Positions 6,916-15,013 of a stretch of DNA of 24,000 bases are shown here, in pieces; position 1 is the first letter of the stretch; every line of letters begins with the position of its first letter. Source of the DNA: an uncultured Erysipelotrichaceae bacterium (GTDB lineage: Bacteria > Bacillota_I > Bacilli_A > Erysipelotrichales > Erysipelotrichaceae); the NCBI GenBank assembly GCA_964370395.1, contig CAYJIZ010000004.1, forward strand, positions 107,465 through 131,464, given 5' to 3'. Position numbers and translations under genes: made by a program. The notes below the pieces were generated by a model. It was not told where the DNA came from, searched no databases, and was given only the letters and a program-made list of their open reading frames with translations.

Positions 6916-7851
6916 ATGCCTACAAAGATCGGAAAACAAATACAATTTTACCGTAAAAAAGAAAAGCTTTCGCAAGCCGAATTAGCTAACAAATTGCATG
7001 TTACACGACAAGCCATCAGTAGTTGGGAAAGAGATGTAAGCGAACCGGATTTGGATAGCTTACGCCAAATGGCTCAGATATTTAACATACCTGTTCAAAC
7101 CTTAATCGAAGAAACAATAGATGACACAGTAAACAAACAATTGAAAACCGTAAAACTTTTGTATGTGATTACGTTTCTTACTTTCTTGTATTGTTCTCGC
7201 GAAATTATTTTCTTTGAACAAAACATTTTTTTCCTTCTTTTCTTTATTTTGTTTGTCATGAGTAGCGTTCTTTTCTTAACTTTCCTACATGCCATTCATA
7301 CAAATGACTATACTATGATTGACGGTTTTGATGAAACCATTCAGTATCATACACCGACCATAAATAAGATATTAATAAAAATACTAATTCAAGTGTTAAC
7401 AATGCACACGCTGATGAACGTAATCCTAATGTATGGTATTGCATTTGAACCACTTACTTTACCCCCAATCGTATTTGGTATGTATTTCATCAACTTCTTT
7501 GCTTCTATTTTCATCACAAACAAAAAATACCAAACACAGCTATACGTAAACAAGGAAGATTTCATAAAGTCTCGCAGCGCTTCTTTTTATGGAGTGTACT
7601 TCATCCTTAATCTTTTGGTTATGGTACTAGGTATCATCTTATCTTTTGTTTTACATAACATTCAAAACAACTCAAAAGAAGCACTGCTCATTCTTAGTCT
7701 ACTCATTCCCTTTTTAGGCATTCACATCACCATCTTAATCGTTGCGGAAGAAAAGCGGAAAAACAATGAAACGCTTTCTAAAAAATGGTTCCTTTTTGGA
7801 GCTATCATAACAATACTATGCACGCTAATTATGCTTTTTTACCCTTACTAA
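6916..7851 (+). CDS. XRE-family helix-turn-helix protein fused to a polytopic membrane domain
   Basis: N-terminal HTH_3 signature (LSQAELANKLHVTRQAISSWERDVSEPDLDSL) followed by about 6-7 hydrophobic segments. RBS GAAGGGG. Confidence 0.75.
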   Translation: MPTKIGKQIQFYRKKEKLSQAELANKLHVTRQAISSWERDVSEPDLDSLRQMAQIFNIPVQTLIEETIDDTVNKQLKTVKLLYVITFLTFLYCSREIIFFEQNIFFLLFFILFVMSSVLFLTFLHAIHTNDYTMIDGFDETIQYHTPTINKILIKILIQVLTMHTLMNVILMYGIAFEPLTLPPIVFGMYFINFFASIFITNKKYQTQLYVNKEDFIKSRSASFYGVYFILNLLVMVLGIILSFVLHNIQNNSKEALLILSLLIPFLGIHITILIVAEEKRKNNETLSKKWFLFGAIITILCTLIMLFYPY

Positions 7852-7906
7852 GAAACAAATTGAATAAATACACATGTTGTTTCCTCGCACTGTATGGTTA
7901 AAATAA

Positions 7907-7935
7907 TTCAATAATCTTTTTTTAACGTGTATAAT
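7907..7935 (+). promoter_or_regulatory. candidate promoter TTCAAT-N17-TATAAT for the HD/Mrp gene pair
   Basis: Hexamers at 7907-7912 and 7930-7935, 22 nt upstream of ATG 7958 with AGGAG between them. Confidence 0.45.
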
Positions 7936-7957
7936 AGTAGCTATAGGAGTTAAAAAA

Positions 7958-8464
7958 ATGCCTCTTACCAATCAACAACTAACTTATTTTAAAGATGTTT
8001 CCTTGCCTATTATTCAAAATGAACACTACCAGTCAATGAAACAATTTATGCAACACGCTTCCATCTCCACTTACGAACATAGTATATGTGTGGCGTATTA
8101 CAGTTATTACTTAATGAAAAAATTACGTATTTCTTGTAGTGCGAAAAGTGTTATTGTTGGCGCTTTGTTGCATGATTTTTATTTGTATGATTGGCATCAT
8201 AAACAGGAATCCCATAAGTGGCATGGATTTCACCACCCTAAAAAAGCAAAGCATAATGCAACACAACATTACGCTATCAATGAAACGGAACAACATATTA
8301 TCGAAGCCCATATGTGGCCCCTTACAATGCGACATTTTCCTTCTTCCAAAGAAGCGATTATCGTAAACGTTGTGGATAAGTATGTTTCGCTAATGGAAAG
8401 TATGCATTATCGTTTTCATGTATTAGATAAGATAAAGGAGTATAGCGATGAGTCAAAATTGTGA
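7958..8464 (+). CDS. HD-domain phosphohydrolase family protein
   Basis: H...HD metal-binding pattern (SICVAYY... ALLHDFYLYDWH, later HHPKK and HMWP). 168 aa. Confidence 0.7.
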   Translation: MPLTNQQLTYFKDVSLPIIQNEHYQSMKQFMQHASISTYEHSICVAYYSYYLMKKLRISCSAKSVIVGALLHDFYLYDWHHKQESHKWHGFHHPKKAKHNATQHYAINETEQHIIEAHMWPLTMRHFPSSKEAIIVNVVDKYVSLMESMHYRFHVLDKIKEYSDESKL

Positions 8465-9260
8465 TCACAACTGTTCTAGTTGTAAAGCTGATTGTGGCGA
8501 AAGAGAAATTCAAAAATTACCTCTTCACCACATGAGTAAAGTAAAAAAGGTAATTGCAGTAATGAGTGGAAAAGGTGGAGTAGGAAAATCATCTATCACT
8601 TCATTGCTTGCTACAAGCGTTAATAAGATGGGTTACAAAACAGCGATTTTGGATGCCGATATTACTGGACCAAGTATTCCAAAAGTATTTGGTATTAGTG
8701 AAAAAGCAAAAGGAAGCGAAGAAATGATCTTCCCTGAAAAAACACGTACGGGAATCGATGTCATTTCGATTAACTTAATGTTAGAAAATGATCGTGATCC
8801 TGTTGTATGGCGTGGACCAGTGATTGCTGGTGTTGTTCATCAGTTTTGGCAAAATGTATTATGGGAAGATGTTGACTATATGTTTGTTGATATGCCTCCA
8901 GGAACAGGTGATGTTCCATTAACTGTTTTTCAATCTTTGCCTGTAGATGGTATCATCGTTGTTACTTCTCCTCAAGAGCTTGTTTCCATGATTGTTGAGA
9001 AAGCCGTAAAAATGGCGAACATGATGAACATCCCGATTTTAGGAATGGTGGAAAACTATTCTTACTTCCTTTGCCCTGACAACAATAAGAAATACGAAAT
9101 TTTCGGGGAAAGCCACATCGAGGAAATTGCACAACAATACCAAATTCCAGTAATTGCGAAATTACCGATCGATCCTGCTTTTGCGAAAGCAAGTGACAAT
9201 GGAAACATTGAAAGCTGTGATACAAGTGCCTTCGATTCGATTTTAGACTATATTAAATAA
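8448..9260 (+). CDS. Mrp/NBP35/ApbC-family P-loop ATPase (Fe-S cluster carrier) with N-terminal Cys-rich motif
   Basis: Deviant Walker A VMSGKGGVGKSS, DMPPGTGD, and an N-terminal CDHNCSSCKADC. AAGGAG lies 8 nt upstream of the ATG, inside the 3' end of the HD gene (17-nt overlap). Confidence 0.9.
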   Translation: MSQNCDHNCSSCKADCGEREIQKLPLHHMSKVKKVIAVMSGKGGVGKSSITSLLATSVNKMGYKTAILDADITGPSIPKVFGISEKAKGSEEMIFPEKTRTGIDVISINLMLENDRDPVVWRGPVIAGVVHQFWQNVLWEDVDYMFVDMPPGTGDVPLTVFQSLPVDGIIVVTSPQELVSMIVEKAVKMANMMNIPILGMVENYSYFLCPDNNKKYEIFGESHIEEIAQQYQIPVIAKLPIDPAFAKASDNGNIESCDTSAFDSILDYIK

Positions 9261-9262
9261 AC

Positions 9263-9286
9263 AGACGCTACGGCGTCTTTTTTTTT
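9263..9286 (+). terminator. rho-independent terminator after the Mrp gene
   Basis: Stem agacgc/gcgtct with loop tacg, followed by a run of 9 T. Confidence 0.75.
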
Positions 9287-9319
9287 GAAGATATTGTACA
9301 AGCCATTTCTTTTTAAAAC

Positions 9320-9328
9320 TGCTACAAT
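9320..9328 (+). promoter_or_regulatory. extended -10 element TGcTACAAT upstream of the AraC-family gene
   Basis: TGnTACAAT lies 23 nt upstream of ATG 9351, with GAGGTGA as RBS. I found no convincing -35. Confidence 0.4.
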
Positions 9329-9350
9329 AGTGTGTAATTGAGGTGATTTT

Positions 9351-10175
9351 ATGGAGAAAGAAAAACGTGTTATCGTATACGATGAGTTAAATATTGAAGC
9401 ATACCACTTACTTGGTTTTGTTCAACCATTCCCCCTTCATTTCCACAACTTTTTTGTGATTGGGTGTGTGGATGATGGGTTTCGTTATTTACAATGCCAA
9501 AACAAAGAATACCACTTATGTGCAAATGATATTGTTCTTTTTAATCCTAACGATACGCATACTTGTGCACAAATAAACAATTGTAGTTTGGATTATCGCG
9601 CTATTAATATTCCTATTTCTTCAATGGAACAATTCATGCTAGAATTAACAGGTAAAAAAGAGATACCCTCCTTTCAACAAACCGTGATACAAAACGATGC
9701 TGTTTTATTTTACTTGCGCTGTCTGCATAAAATGATGATGGAAGGAAATAAAGAATTTGAAAAAGAAGAATACTTATTGCTGTTGTTATCGCTATTAATT
9801 GAAAATTATGCGAGTACTACTTTTATGGAACAAACAACAAGTCGAGATGAAGTGGCAAAAGCATGCCAGTACATGCAAGACAATTATACGAAACGAATTA
9901 GTCTACAAGAAATATGTGACTATGTAGGGACTAGCAAATCCTCTTTGTTACGTTTCTTTGTGAAAGAAAAAGGACTGACTCCCTATCGCTACTTAGAAAG
10001 CATCCGTATCAACCATGCGAAAACACTATTAAAAGAAGGTGTTTCCATTATGGAAACAGCTCTACAAAGCGGCTTTTGCGACCAAAGTCATTTCACTCAT
10101 TATTTCAATAGTTTTTTAGGCTTAACCCCTGCCTCTTACCAAAAAATATTTATGGAGAACCAACATGGAAAATAA
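9351..10175 (+). CDS. AraC-family transcriptional regulator (N-terminal cupin-like sensor, C-terminal dual HTH)
   Basis: The C-terminal end (QEICDYVGTSKSSLLRFF ... GFCDQSHFTHYFNSFLGLTPASY) is a canonical AraC HTH. Confidence 0.85.
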   Translation: MEKEKRVIVYDELNIEAYHLLGFVQPFPLHFHNFFVIGCVDDGFRYLQCQNKEYHLCANDIVLFNPNDTHTCAQINNCSLDYRAINIPISSMEQFMLELTGKKEIPSFQQTVIQNDAVLFYLRCLHKMMMEGNKEFEKEEYLLLLLSLLIENYASTTFMEQTTSRDEVAKACQYMQDNYTKRISLQEICDYVGTSKSSLLRFFVKEKGLTPYRYLESIRINHAKTLLKEGVSIMETALQSGFCDQSHFTHYFNSFLGLTPASYQKIFMENQHGK

Positions 10176-11079
10176 AAACGGACATATCGCTGCATTACTA
10201 ACCATATTAATATGGGCAACCACATTTGTATCAACAAAGTTTCTATTAGAGGATCTGCATCCCTTAGAAATTTTAGTATTCCGCTTTGTGATCGGATTTC
10301 TTTGTTTGTGTATTGTTTATCCTAAAAAACTAAAAACGAAAGGAAGAAAAGAAGAAAAGTATTTTCTATTCGCTGGACTAACTGGTATCTGTTTTTATTA
10401 CTTATTAGAAAACATCGCATTAACGTATACAACAAGCGCAAATGTAGGTATCCTAATTTCCACAGCTCCCTTTTTTACCGCTTTGCTTTCCTTCCTTTTT
10501 TATCGCAAGCAAACAAAAATAACGGTTCCTTTCTTTGTTGGTTTTTTATTCGCCATCATTGGTATCGCATGCATCAGCCTTCAACAACACAGTCTTGAAA
10601 TCAATCCCATCGGTGATTTCTTATCTGTCCTTGCCGCTTTTGTTTGGGCCATTTATTCCTTGCTTATTAAAAAAATAAGTACCTTTCAATACAACACCAT
10701 TCAAACAACACGTCGTATTTTCTTCTATGGAATTTTGTGTATGATACCCGCCACGTTTGTCTTACCTTTTTCGTATGACATATCACCTGTTTTCCTAAAC
10801 AACAACGTATTTCATATTTTATTTTTAGGAGTCGGTGCTTCTGCCTTGTGTTTTGTTACTTGGAACTATGCATTGAAAATACTAGGTGCCATAAAAACAA
10901 GCGCATATATTTATCTAGTACCTTTGGTTACAATTATCGCTTCTTCCATCCTACTAAACGAATCCATCACTCCAACAACAATACTAGGTATGGTTTTCAT
11001 TTTATTCGGTTTATTTTTAAGTGAGAATAAACTCACATGGAAAAAAGTGATGAGCATTGTAAGAAGCAATAATCAATAA
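10165..11079 (+). CDS. EamA/DMT-superfamily transporter
   Basis: About 10 hydrophobic segments and a duplicated EamA-like organisation. The start overlaps the AraC stop by 11 nt. Confidence 0.85.
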   Translation: MENKNGHIAALLTILIWATTFVSTKFLLEDLHPLEILVFRFVIGFLCLCIVYPKKLKTKGRKEEKYFLFAGLTGICFYYLLENIALTYTTSANVGILISTAPFFTALLSFLFYRKQTKITVPFFVGFLFAIIGIACISLQQHSLEINPIGDFLSVLAAFVWAIYSLLIKKISTFQYNTIQTTRRIFFYGILCMIPATFVLPFSYDISPVFLNNNVFHILFLGVGASALCFVTWNYALKILGAIKTSAYIYLVPLVTIIASSILLNESITPTTILGMVFILFGLFLSENKLTWKKVMSIVRSNNQ

Positions 11080-11103
11080 GATTCCTTACTCATAAAATCA
11101 TAC

Positions 11104-11137
11104 AAAAAGACTTGTCTATTTAGACAAGTCCTTTTTT
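11104..11137. terminator. bidirectional terminator between convergent EamA and aldolase genes
   Basis: The hairpin gacttgtc/gacaagtc is flanked by an A-run on the left and a T-run on the right. Confidence 0.75.
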
Positions 11138-11138
11138 C

Positions 11139-12005
11139 TTAATAATAGTATTTTACTTTATCGATTGCATTAAACAAACGAATTTTTTCTTCTACCACTT
11201 TACCACAAGCTTCCATTGGTTCTGGATAGATTTCCAAAGGTTCTCTGTACCCTGGATTCGCATTTAATACTTCACGACATTTTTCATAGAACGCAACTTT
11301 AATATCACTTGAAATATTAATCTTACAGATTCCATTTTGAACTGCTGCTTTAATTTCATCATCTTTATTTGATGAACCACCATGTAATACTAATGGTACA
11401 TTTACTTCTTTTGTGATTTCATTTAAGATATCAATTCTTAATTCTGGTTTCATATCTTTTGGATAGATTCCATGTGCTGTTCCAATTGCAACCGCAAAGG
11501 TATCGATTCCCGTATCATCAATGAATTTTTTTGCTTCTTCAGGTTTGGTATAGATGACACCTTCTGTTCCACCTTCAATTGAGTTACCTGTTGTTCCAAT
11601 TGTTCCTAATTCTGATTCTACTGATACATTTACTAAATGTGCTGTTTCTACTACTTTTTTAGTAATCGCTACATTGTCTTCATATGGTAGTGTTGATGCA
11701 TCAATCATAACAGATGTCATTCCTGCGCGAATCGCACGTACACAAGTTTCATATGTGTTCCCATGATCCAAGTGAATACATACTGGCACTTCTGTTTGTG
11801 CTGCTTCATAAATCATCGCTTGTACTTGTGCGTCCCCAACAAAATCAAATTCATCTGGACTCATTTCCAAAATAACTGGTGAATTTAATTCTTTCACCTT
11901 TTTCATTACTACTTTTAATAATTGGTCTGATCCAATATTAAACGCTGGGATTGCAAAGTGATGTTTTTGCGCAACCGCCAATAAATCCTTCATATTCATT
12001 AACAT
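11139..12005 (-). CDS. class II ketose-bisphosphate aldolase (FbaA/GatY/KbaY family), paralogue 1
   Basis: PAFN, IHLDHG, LVLHGGS and the overall 288-aa length match the class II FBA/tagatose-bisphosphate aldolase family. Confidence 0.85.
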   Translation of the reverse strand: MLMNMKDLLAVAQKHHFAIPAFNIGSDQLLKVVMKKVKELNSPVILEMSPDEFDFVGDAQVQAMIYEAAQTEVPVCIHLDHGNTYETCVRAIRAGMTSVMIDASTLPYEDNVAITKKVVETAHLVNVSVESELGTIGTTGNSIEGGTEGVIYTKPEEAKKFIDDTGIDTFAVAIGTAHGIYPKDMKPELRIDILNEITKEVNVPLVLHGGSSNKDDEIKAAVQNGICKINISSDIKVAFYEKCREVLNANPGYREPLEIYPEPMEACGKVVEEKIRLFNAIDKVKYYY

Positions 12006-12032
12006 AATAACTTACCTCTCTTTTCTCTCTCT

Positions 12033-12887
12033 CTATCTTGATTTGCCGTTAGATTTCGACAACTTTATGTAATGTTTCACAATCGCTTTACTATCTTTTT
12101 CTACTTGGTGCATCATGACCCAAAAGTTAATATCAGGATTGTCCTTCAGTTGTCGTTTAATACTATTTGTGTTGGCATTCATAAAGTCACACCCCACGTT
12201 GATTTTATTAATACCAAATTCCACACATTTCTTTATATTGTCATCCCCAGAACCAGAACCACCATGTAATACTAGTGGCATCTTCGTTTTTTGCTTTATT
12301 GCTTGTAATCGTTCAAAATCAAATTCTGGAACATATCCTTCTGGATAGTTACCATGTGATGTTCCAATTGATATCGCAAGGGCATCAATGCCACTCTCTT
12401 TCGCAAAACGCAGTGCTTCTTGAGGATCTGTTTTCATCGTTTCACTTGTATAGTTTTGGCCTTCGCTTCCACCCATACATCCGATTTCCCCTTCTACACT
12501 CGCTCCATATGCTTGCGCAAATGTCACTATTTCTTTCGTCATTTTAATATTGCCTTCTAAGTCAAAGCGCGAAGCGTCTACCATAACACTAGAGTATCCA
12601 TCTTGTAACGCTTTTTTAATCAGACCTACTTCTTCTCCATGATCGAAGTTCAATGCAACCTCTACACTTGCACGTTGTGCTAACATCTTTACAATTGGTG
12701 CTATTAATTCACTATCACAGTGATTCACCATATGCTCTTGTACGATATTCACAATAATTGGTGCTCTTTCTTCTTCTGCAGCTTGAATGACGGCTCTTGC
12801 CGTTTCAATATTGAAACAATTGATTGCCATTACTGCATAATTACCCTCGTTGGCACGCTTTAACATATCTTTCATTGAAACATACAT
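12033..12887 (-). CDS. class II ketose-bisphosphate aldolase (FbaA/GatY/KbaY family), paralogue 2
   Basis: AINCFN, NFDHG, LVLHGGSGSG. RBS AGGGGGA. It is clearly diverged from the neighbouring paralogue. Confidence 0.85.
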   Translation of the reverse strand: MYVSMKDMLKRANEGNYAVMAINCFNIETARAVIQAAEEERAPIIVNIVQEHMVNHCDSELIAPIVKMLAQRASVEVALNFDHGEEVGLIKKALQDGYSSVMVDASRFDLEGNIKMTKEIVTFAQAYGASVEGEIGCMGGSEGQNYTSETMKTDPQEALRFAKESGIDALAISIGTSHGNYPEGYVPEFDFERLQAIKQKTKMPLVLHGGSGSGDDNIKKCVEFGINKINVGCDFMNANTNSIKRQLKDNPDINFWVMMHQVEKDSKAIVKHYIKLSKSNGKSR

Positions 12888-12904
12888 GTTATGATCCCCC
12901 TATT

Positions 12905-13993
12905 TTATTGAAACGAAATTCCTGACAAGTCCATTTCTTCTTCTACTTCTTCTACTTCTACTTCATCTGCTTGTGTTTTCTTTTTCTTAATTAACACTAA
13001 CATAATACCTGTTACTGCTGTTCCCGCTAATAATGCCACAACTGCCATAACTGGTTGACTCATTGCTGGAATAACGAATACTCCACCAGATGGAACTCTA
13101 CTTCCTACACCGAATGCGAAACTAATTGCCCCTGTTACTCCACATCCTGTAGCAGTACAGCTTACTGTACGTAGTAAGTCATTCATCGCAATTGGGATAA
13201 CCCCTTCAGAAATCATACATAATCCCATTGGGAATGCTACTTTAATATTTTCTACCTCAGTTGAAGTATAAATTTTCTTTTTCATGAATTTTGATAATAC
13301 TAATGAGAATGTAATTCCTAATGGTGGAACCATTGCTGCTAATACTTTGATTGCTTCTGGTCCATAAATTCCTTCTAACAATAAACCATCACAAATTAAG
13401 TTTGGAACTTTACTAATTGGTCCCCCAAAGTCAATACAACCTAATGCTCCAATAATAAATCCATATACTACTTTAGAAGATTGATCCAATCCAACAATAA
13501 AGTTTGTTAATCCATCAGTAATCCATAAAATTGGTGTTCCAATTACGAAGAACATCAATAGTCCCCCTAAAATTGCAGATAATGTTGGAATAATCATCAT
13601 TGGCATCAAAGCCTCTGCCCAACGTGGCACTTTCAAGTGTTTACGAATAAATAATGCGATATACCCTACGATATACCCTCCAATCATTCCTCCTAAAAAT
13701 CCTGCTCCTAGAAATGATGCGATTTGCCCCATTAAGAACCCTGGTGCAATCCCTGGACGATCCGCAATCGAGTAAGAGATATACCCTGCGATGAATGATG
13801 GTAATAACCCCATTCCGAATACCCCAAGTGTTGTTAATGCACTTGGAATAGTAATGTCATCTAGTGAAGTTACGACTTCACCACCCATTAGATTCCCAAT
13901 GGCGATCAATAACCCTGCTGCAACTACTAATGGTAGCATGTAAGAAATCGCAGTCAGAGCATGGCGTTTTAATTCTGCCCCTATGTTTTTCAT
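12905..13993 (-). CDS. PTS fructose-family EIIC component
   Basis: Polytopic protein with N-terminus MKNIGAELKRHALTAISYMLPLVVAAG, typical of Fru-family EIIC. It has an acidic C-terminal tail EVEVEEVEEE. Confidence 0.9.
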   Translation of the reverse strand: MKNIGAELKRHALTAISYMLPLVVAAGLLIAIGNLMGGEVVTSLDDITIPSALTTLGVFGMGLLPSFIAGYISYSIADRPGIAPGFLMGQIASFLGAGFLGGMIGGYIVGYIALFIRKHLKVPRWAEALMPMMIIPTLSAILGGLLMFFVIGTPILWITDGLTNFIVGLDQSSKVVYGFIIGALGCIDFGGPISKVPNLICDGLLLEGIYGPEAIKVLAAMVPPLGITFSLVLSKFMKKKIYTSTEVENIKVAFPMGLCMISEGVIPIAMNDLLRTVSCTATGCGVTGAISFAFGVGSRVPSGGVFVIPAMSQPVMAVVALLAGTAVTGIMLVLIKKKKTQADEVEVEEVEEEMDLSGISFQ

Positions 13994-14009
13994 TTTTTCT
14001 TCTCCTTTT

Positions 14010-14321
14010 CTATTTGTTTAATTCTTCTTCAATTTTTTGAATCAATTGTTTTGGTGCTTTGACACAAACATTGGTTGGCACCTTAACAATCTTTTTCCCA
14101 TCAAAACGTTCTGTTCCTGTAATCGCAATATCGATCGCAAAAATTACAACATCCGCTTCTTTAATTTGTTGTGCACTCAATTCATCTTCTGTTCCAATTG
14201 TTCCTTGGGTTTCCACATGAATCGTATGTCCTAATCCTTCTGCTGCACGAATCAATTTTTCTTTCGCAATATACGTATGTGCGATTCCTGATGTACAAGC
14301 TGCAATGGCTACAATTTTCAT
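14010..14321 (-). CDS. PTS fructose-family EIIB component
   Basis: MKIVAIAACTSGIAHTY carries the active-site Cys motif. AGGAGGAG precedes ATG 14321, so the track start at 14366 is an upstream extension. Confidence 0.85.
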   Translation of the reverse strand: MKIVAIAACTSGIAHTYIAKEKLIRAAEGLGHTIHVETQGTIGTEDELSAQQIKEADVVIFAIDIAITGTERFDGKKIVKVPTNVCVKAPKQLIQKIEEELNK

Positions 14322-14399
14322 AATGCTCCTCCTTTCACTTGTTTTTATCTGTCTCAATAATAGCATTCAAAATGAAGTTTAGCGTATTTATCAAGGTCT

Positions 14400-14420
14400 T
14401 TTTAATGCGGTACTTTTTCT
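14400..14420. promoter_or_regulatory. repeated operator-like motif, copy 1 (ttttaatgcggtac plus T-rich tail)
   Basis: One of five copies of TTTYAATRYGGWAY. On the minus strand it ends 5 nt upstream of a TTGATA hexamer (14394-14389), 80-100 nt upstream of the EIIB start. Confidence 0.45.
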
Positions 14421-14443
14421 TTTCAAGATTAAAATAAGGACTA

Positions 14444-14463
14444 TTTTAATACGGTATTTTTTA
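14444..14463. promoter_or_regulatory. repeated operator-like motif, copy 2 (ttttaatacggtat plus T-rich tail)
   Basis: Starts 44 nt from copy 1. Confidence 0.4.
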
Positions 14464-14481
14464 CCTAGCGACAAAAGTAAT

Positions 14482-14507
14482 CCACATTTTAATGTGGTAC
14501 TTTTTCT
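14482..14507. promoter_or_regulatory. repeated operator-like motif, copy 3 (ttttaatgtggtac), embedded in inverted repeat ccacat-ttta-atgtgg
   Basis: The motif core starts at 14487, 43 nt from copy 2. The tail tttttcttt is shared with copy 1. Confidence 0.45.
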
Positions 14508-14513
14508 TTTTGC

Positions 14514-14550
14514 CTAAAAATAAGCAAAGGGCAAGAAAATTCTTGCCCTA
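14514..14550 (-). terminator. rho-independent terminator after the EIIA gene, internal to the PTS locus
   Basis: Stem agggcaaga/tcttgccct (14528-14536 / 14541-14549) overlaps the TAG stop. On the minus strand it is followed by ttgcttattttt. Confidence 0.7.
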
Positions 14551-14997
14551 ACAGAATACAGAAATTAATTGTTCTACATCATTTGCTTCTAATAGCTTCT
14601 CAATCGCTTCGTCATTCCCTAATTTTCTAGCGATTTCAGCTAACAACAACATATGGTTACGTGCGTATTCATGATCATTGCTTACCGCAAATAAGAATAT
14701 CAACTTCACGCCTTTGCCATCTAGGGTTTCCCACTCAATTTCTTCGTTTAGTTTTCCAATCGCAATTCCTACTTGGCTTACACTATCACTTTTCCCATGT
14801 GGAATCGCAACATAGTTACCTATTCCTGTCATTCCTTCACTTTCACGCACATAAATATCTTGTACAAACTCATCTACATCCCCTATATAGTCTGCATCTT
14901 TCAATTTTTGCGCCAGCATCCCAATTGCTTCTTCTTTGCTTTTTGCCTTTAAATCCAAATCAATTACCCTTCTGTCTAACACATCTTTTAGTTCCAT
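14548..14997 (-). CDS. PTS EIIA component (fructose/mannitol EIIA-2 family)
   Basis: GNYVAIPHGKS active-site His context, 149 aa, RBS GGAGGAGGA. Confidence 0.85.
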   Translation of the reverse strand: MELKDVLDRRVIDLDLKAKSKEEAIGMLAQKLKDADYIGDVDEFVQDIYVRESEGMTGIGNYVAIPHGKSDSVSQVGIAIGKLNEEIEWETLDGKGVKLIFLFAVSNDHEYARNHMLLLAEIARKLGNDEAIEKLLEANDVEQLISVFC

Positions 14998-15013
14998 CGT
15001 TTCCTCCTCCTTA

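Noticed and set aside
12905-12970. Short cttcta/cttctt tandem tract encoding the acidic EVEVEEVEEE tail of EIIC, a possible slippage-prone or phase-variable site
   Set aside because: The tract is short and imperfect, lies at the extreme 3' end of the gene and is in frame. A length change would only alter a disordered tail, so there is no evidence of a switch.
14361-14400. Possible CcpA cre site near the EIIB promoter (ttgataaatacgctaaac, read on the minus strand)
   Set aside because: It does not fit the WTGNAANCGNWNNCW consensus at the key positions in any register I tried.
14400-14507. Regularly spaced short repeats (43-44 nt period) as a possible mini CRISPR array
   Set aside because: There are only three copies. 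The repeat is about 14-20 nt, imperfect and T-rich, and no cas genes are nearby. The same motif recurs upstream of the regulator gene, which fits a protein-binding site instead.
14494-14512. TGGTAC...TTTGC resembling a sigma-54 -24/-12 promoter in front of the PTS genes
   Set aside because: GG-to-GC spacing is 14 nt, not 10. The element points away from the EIIB operon, and the locus regulator lacks the AAA+ sigma-54 activation domain.
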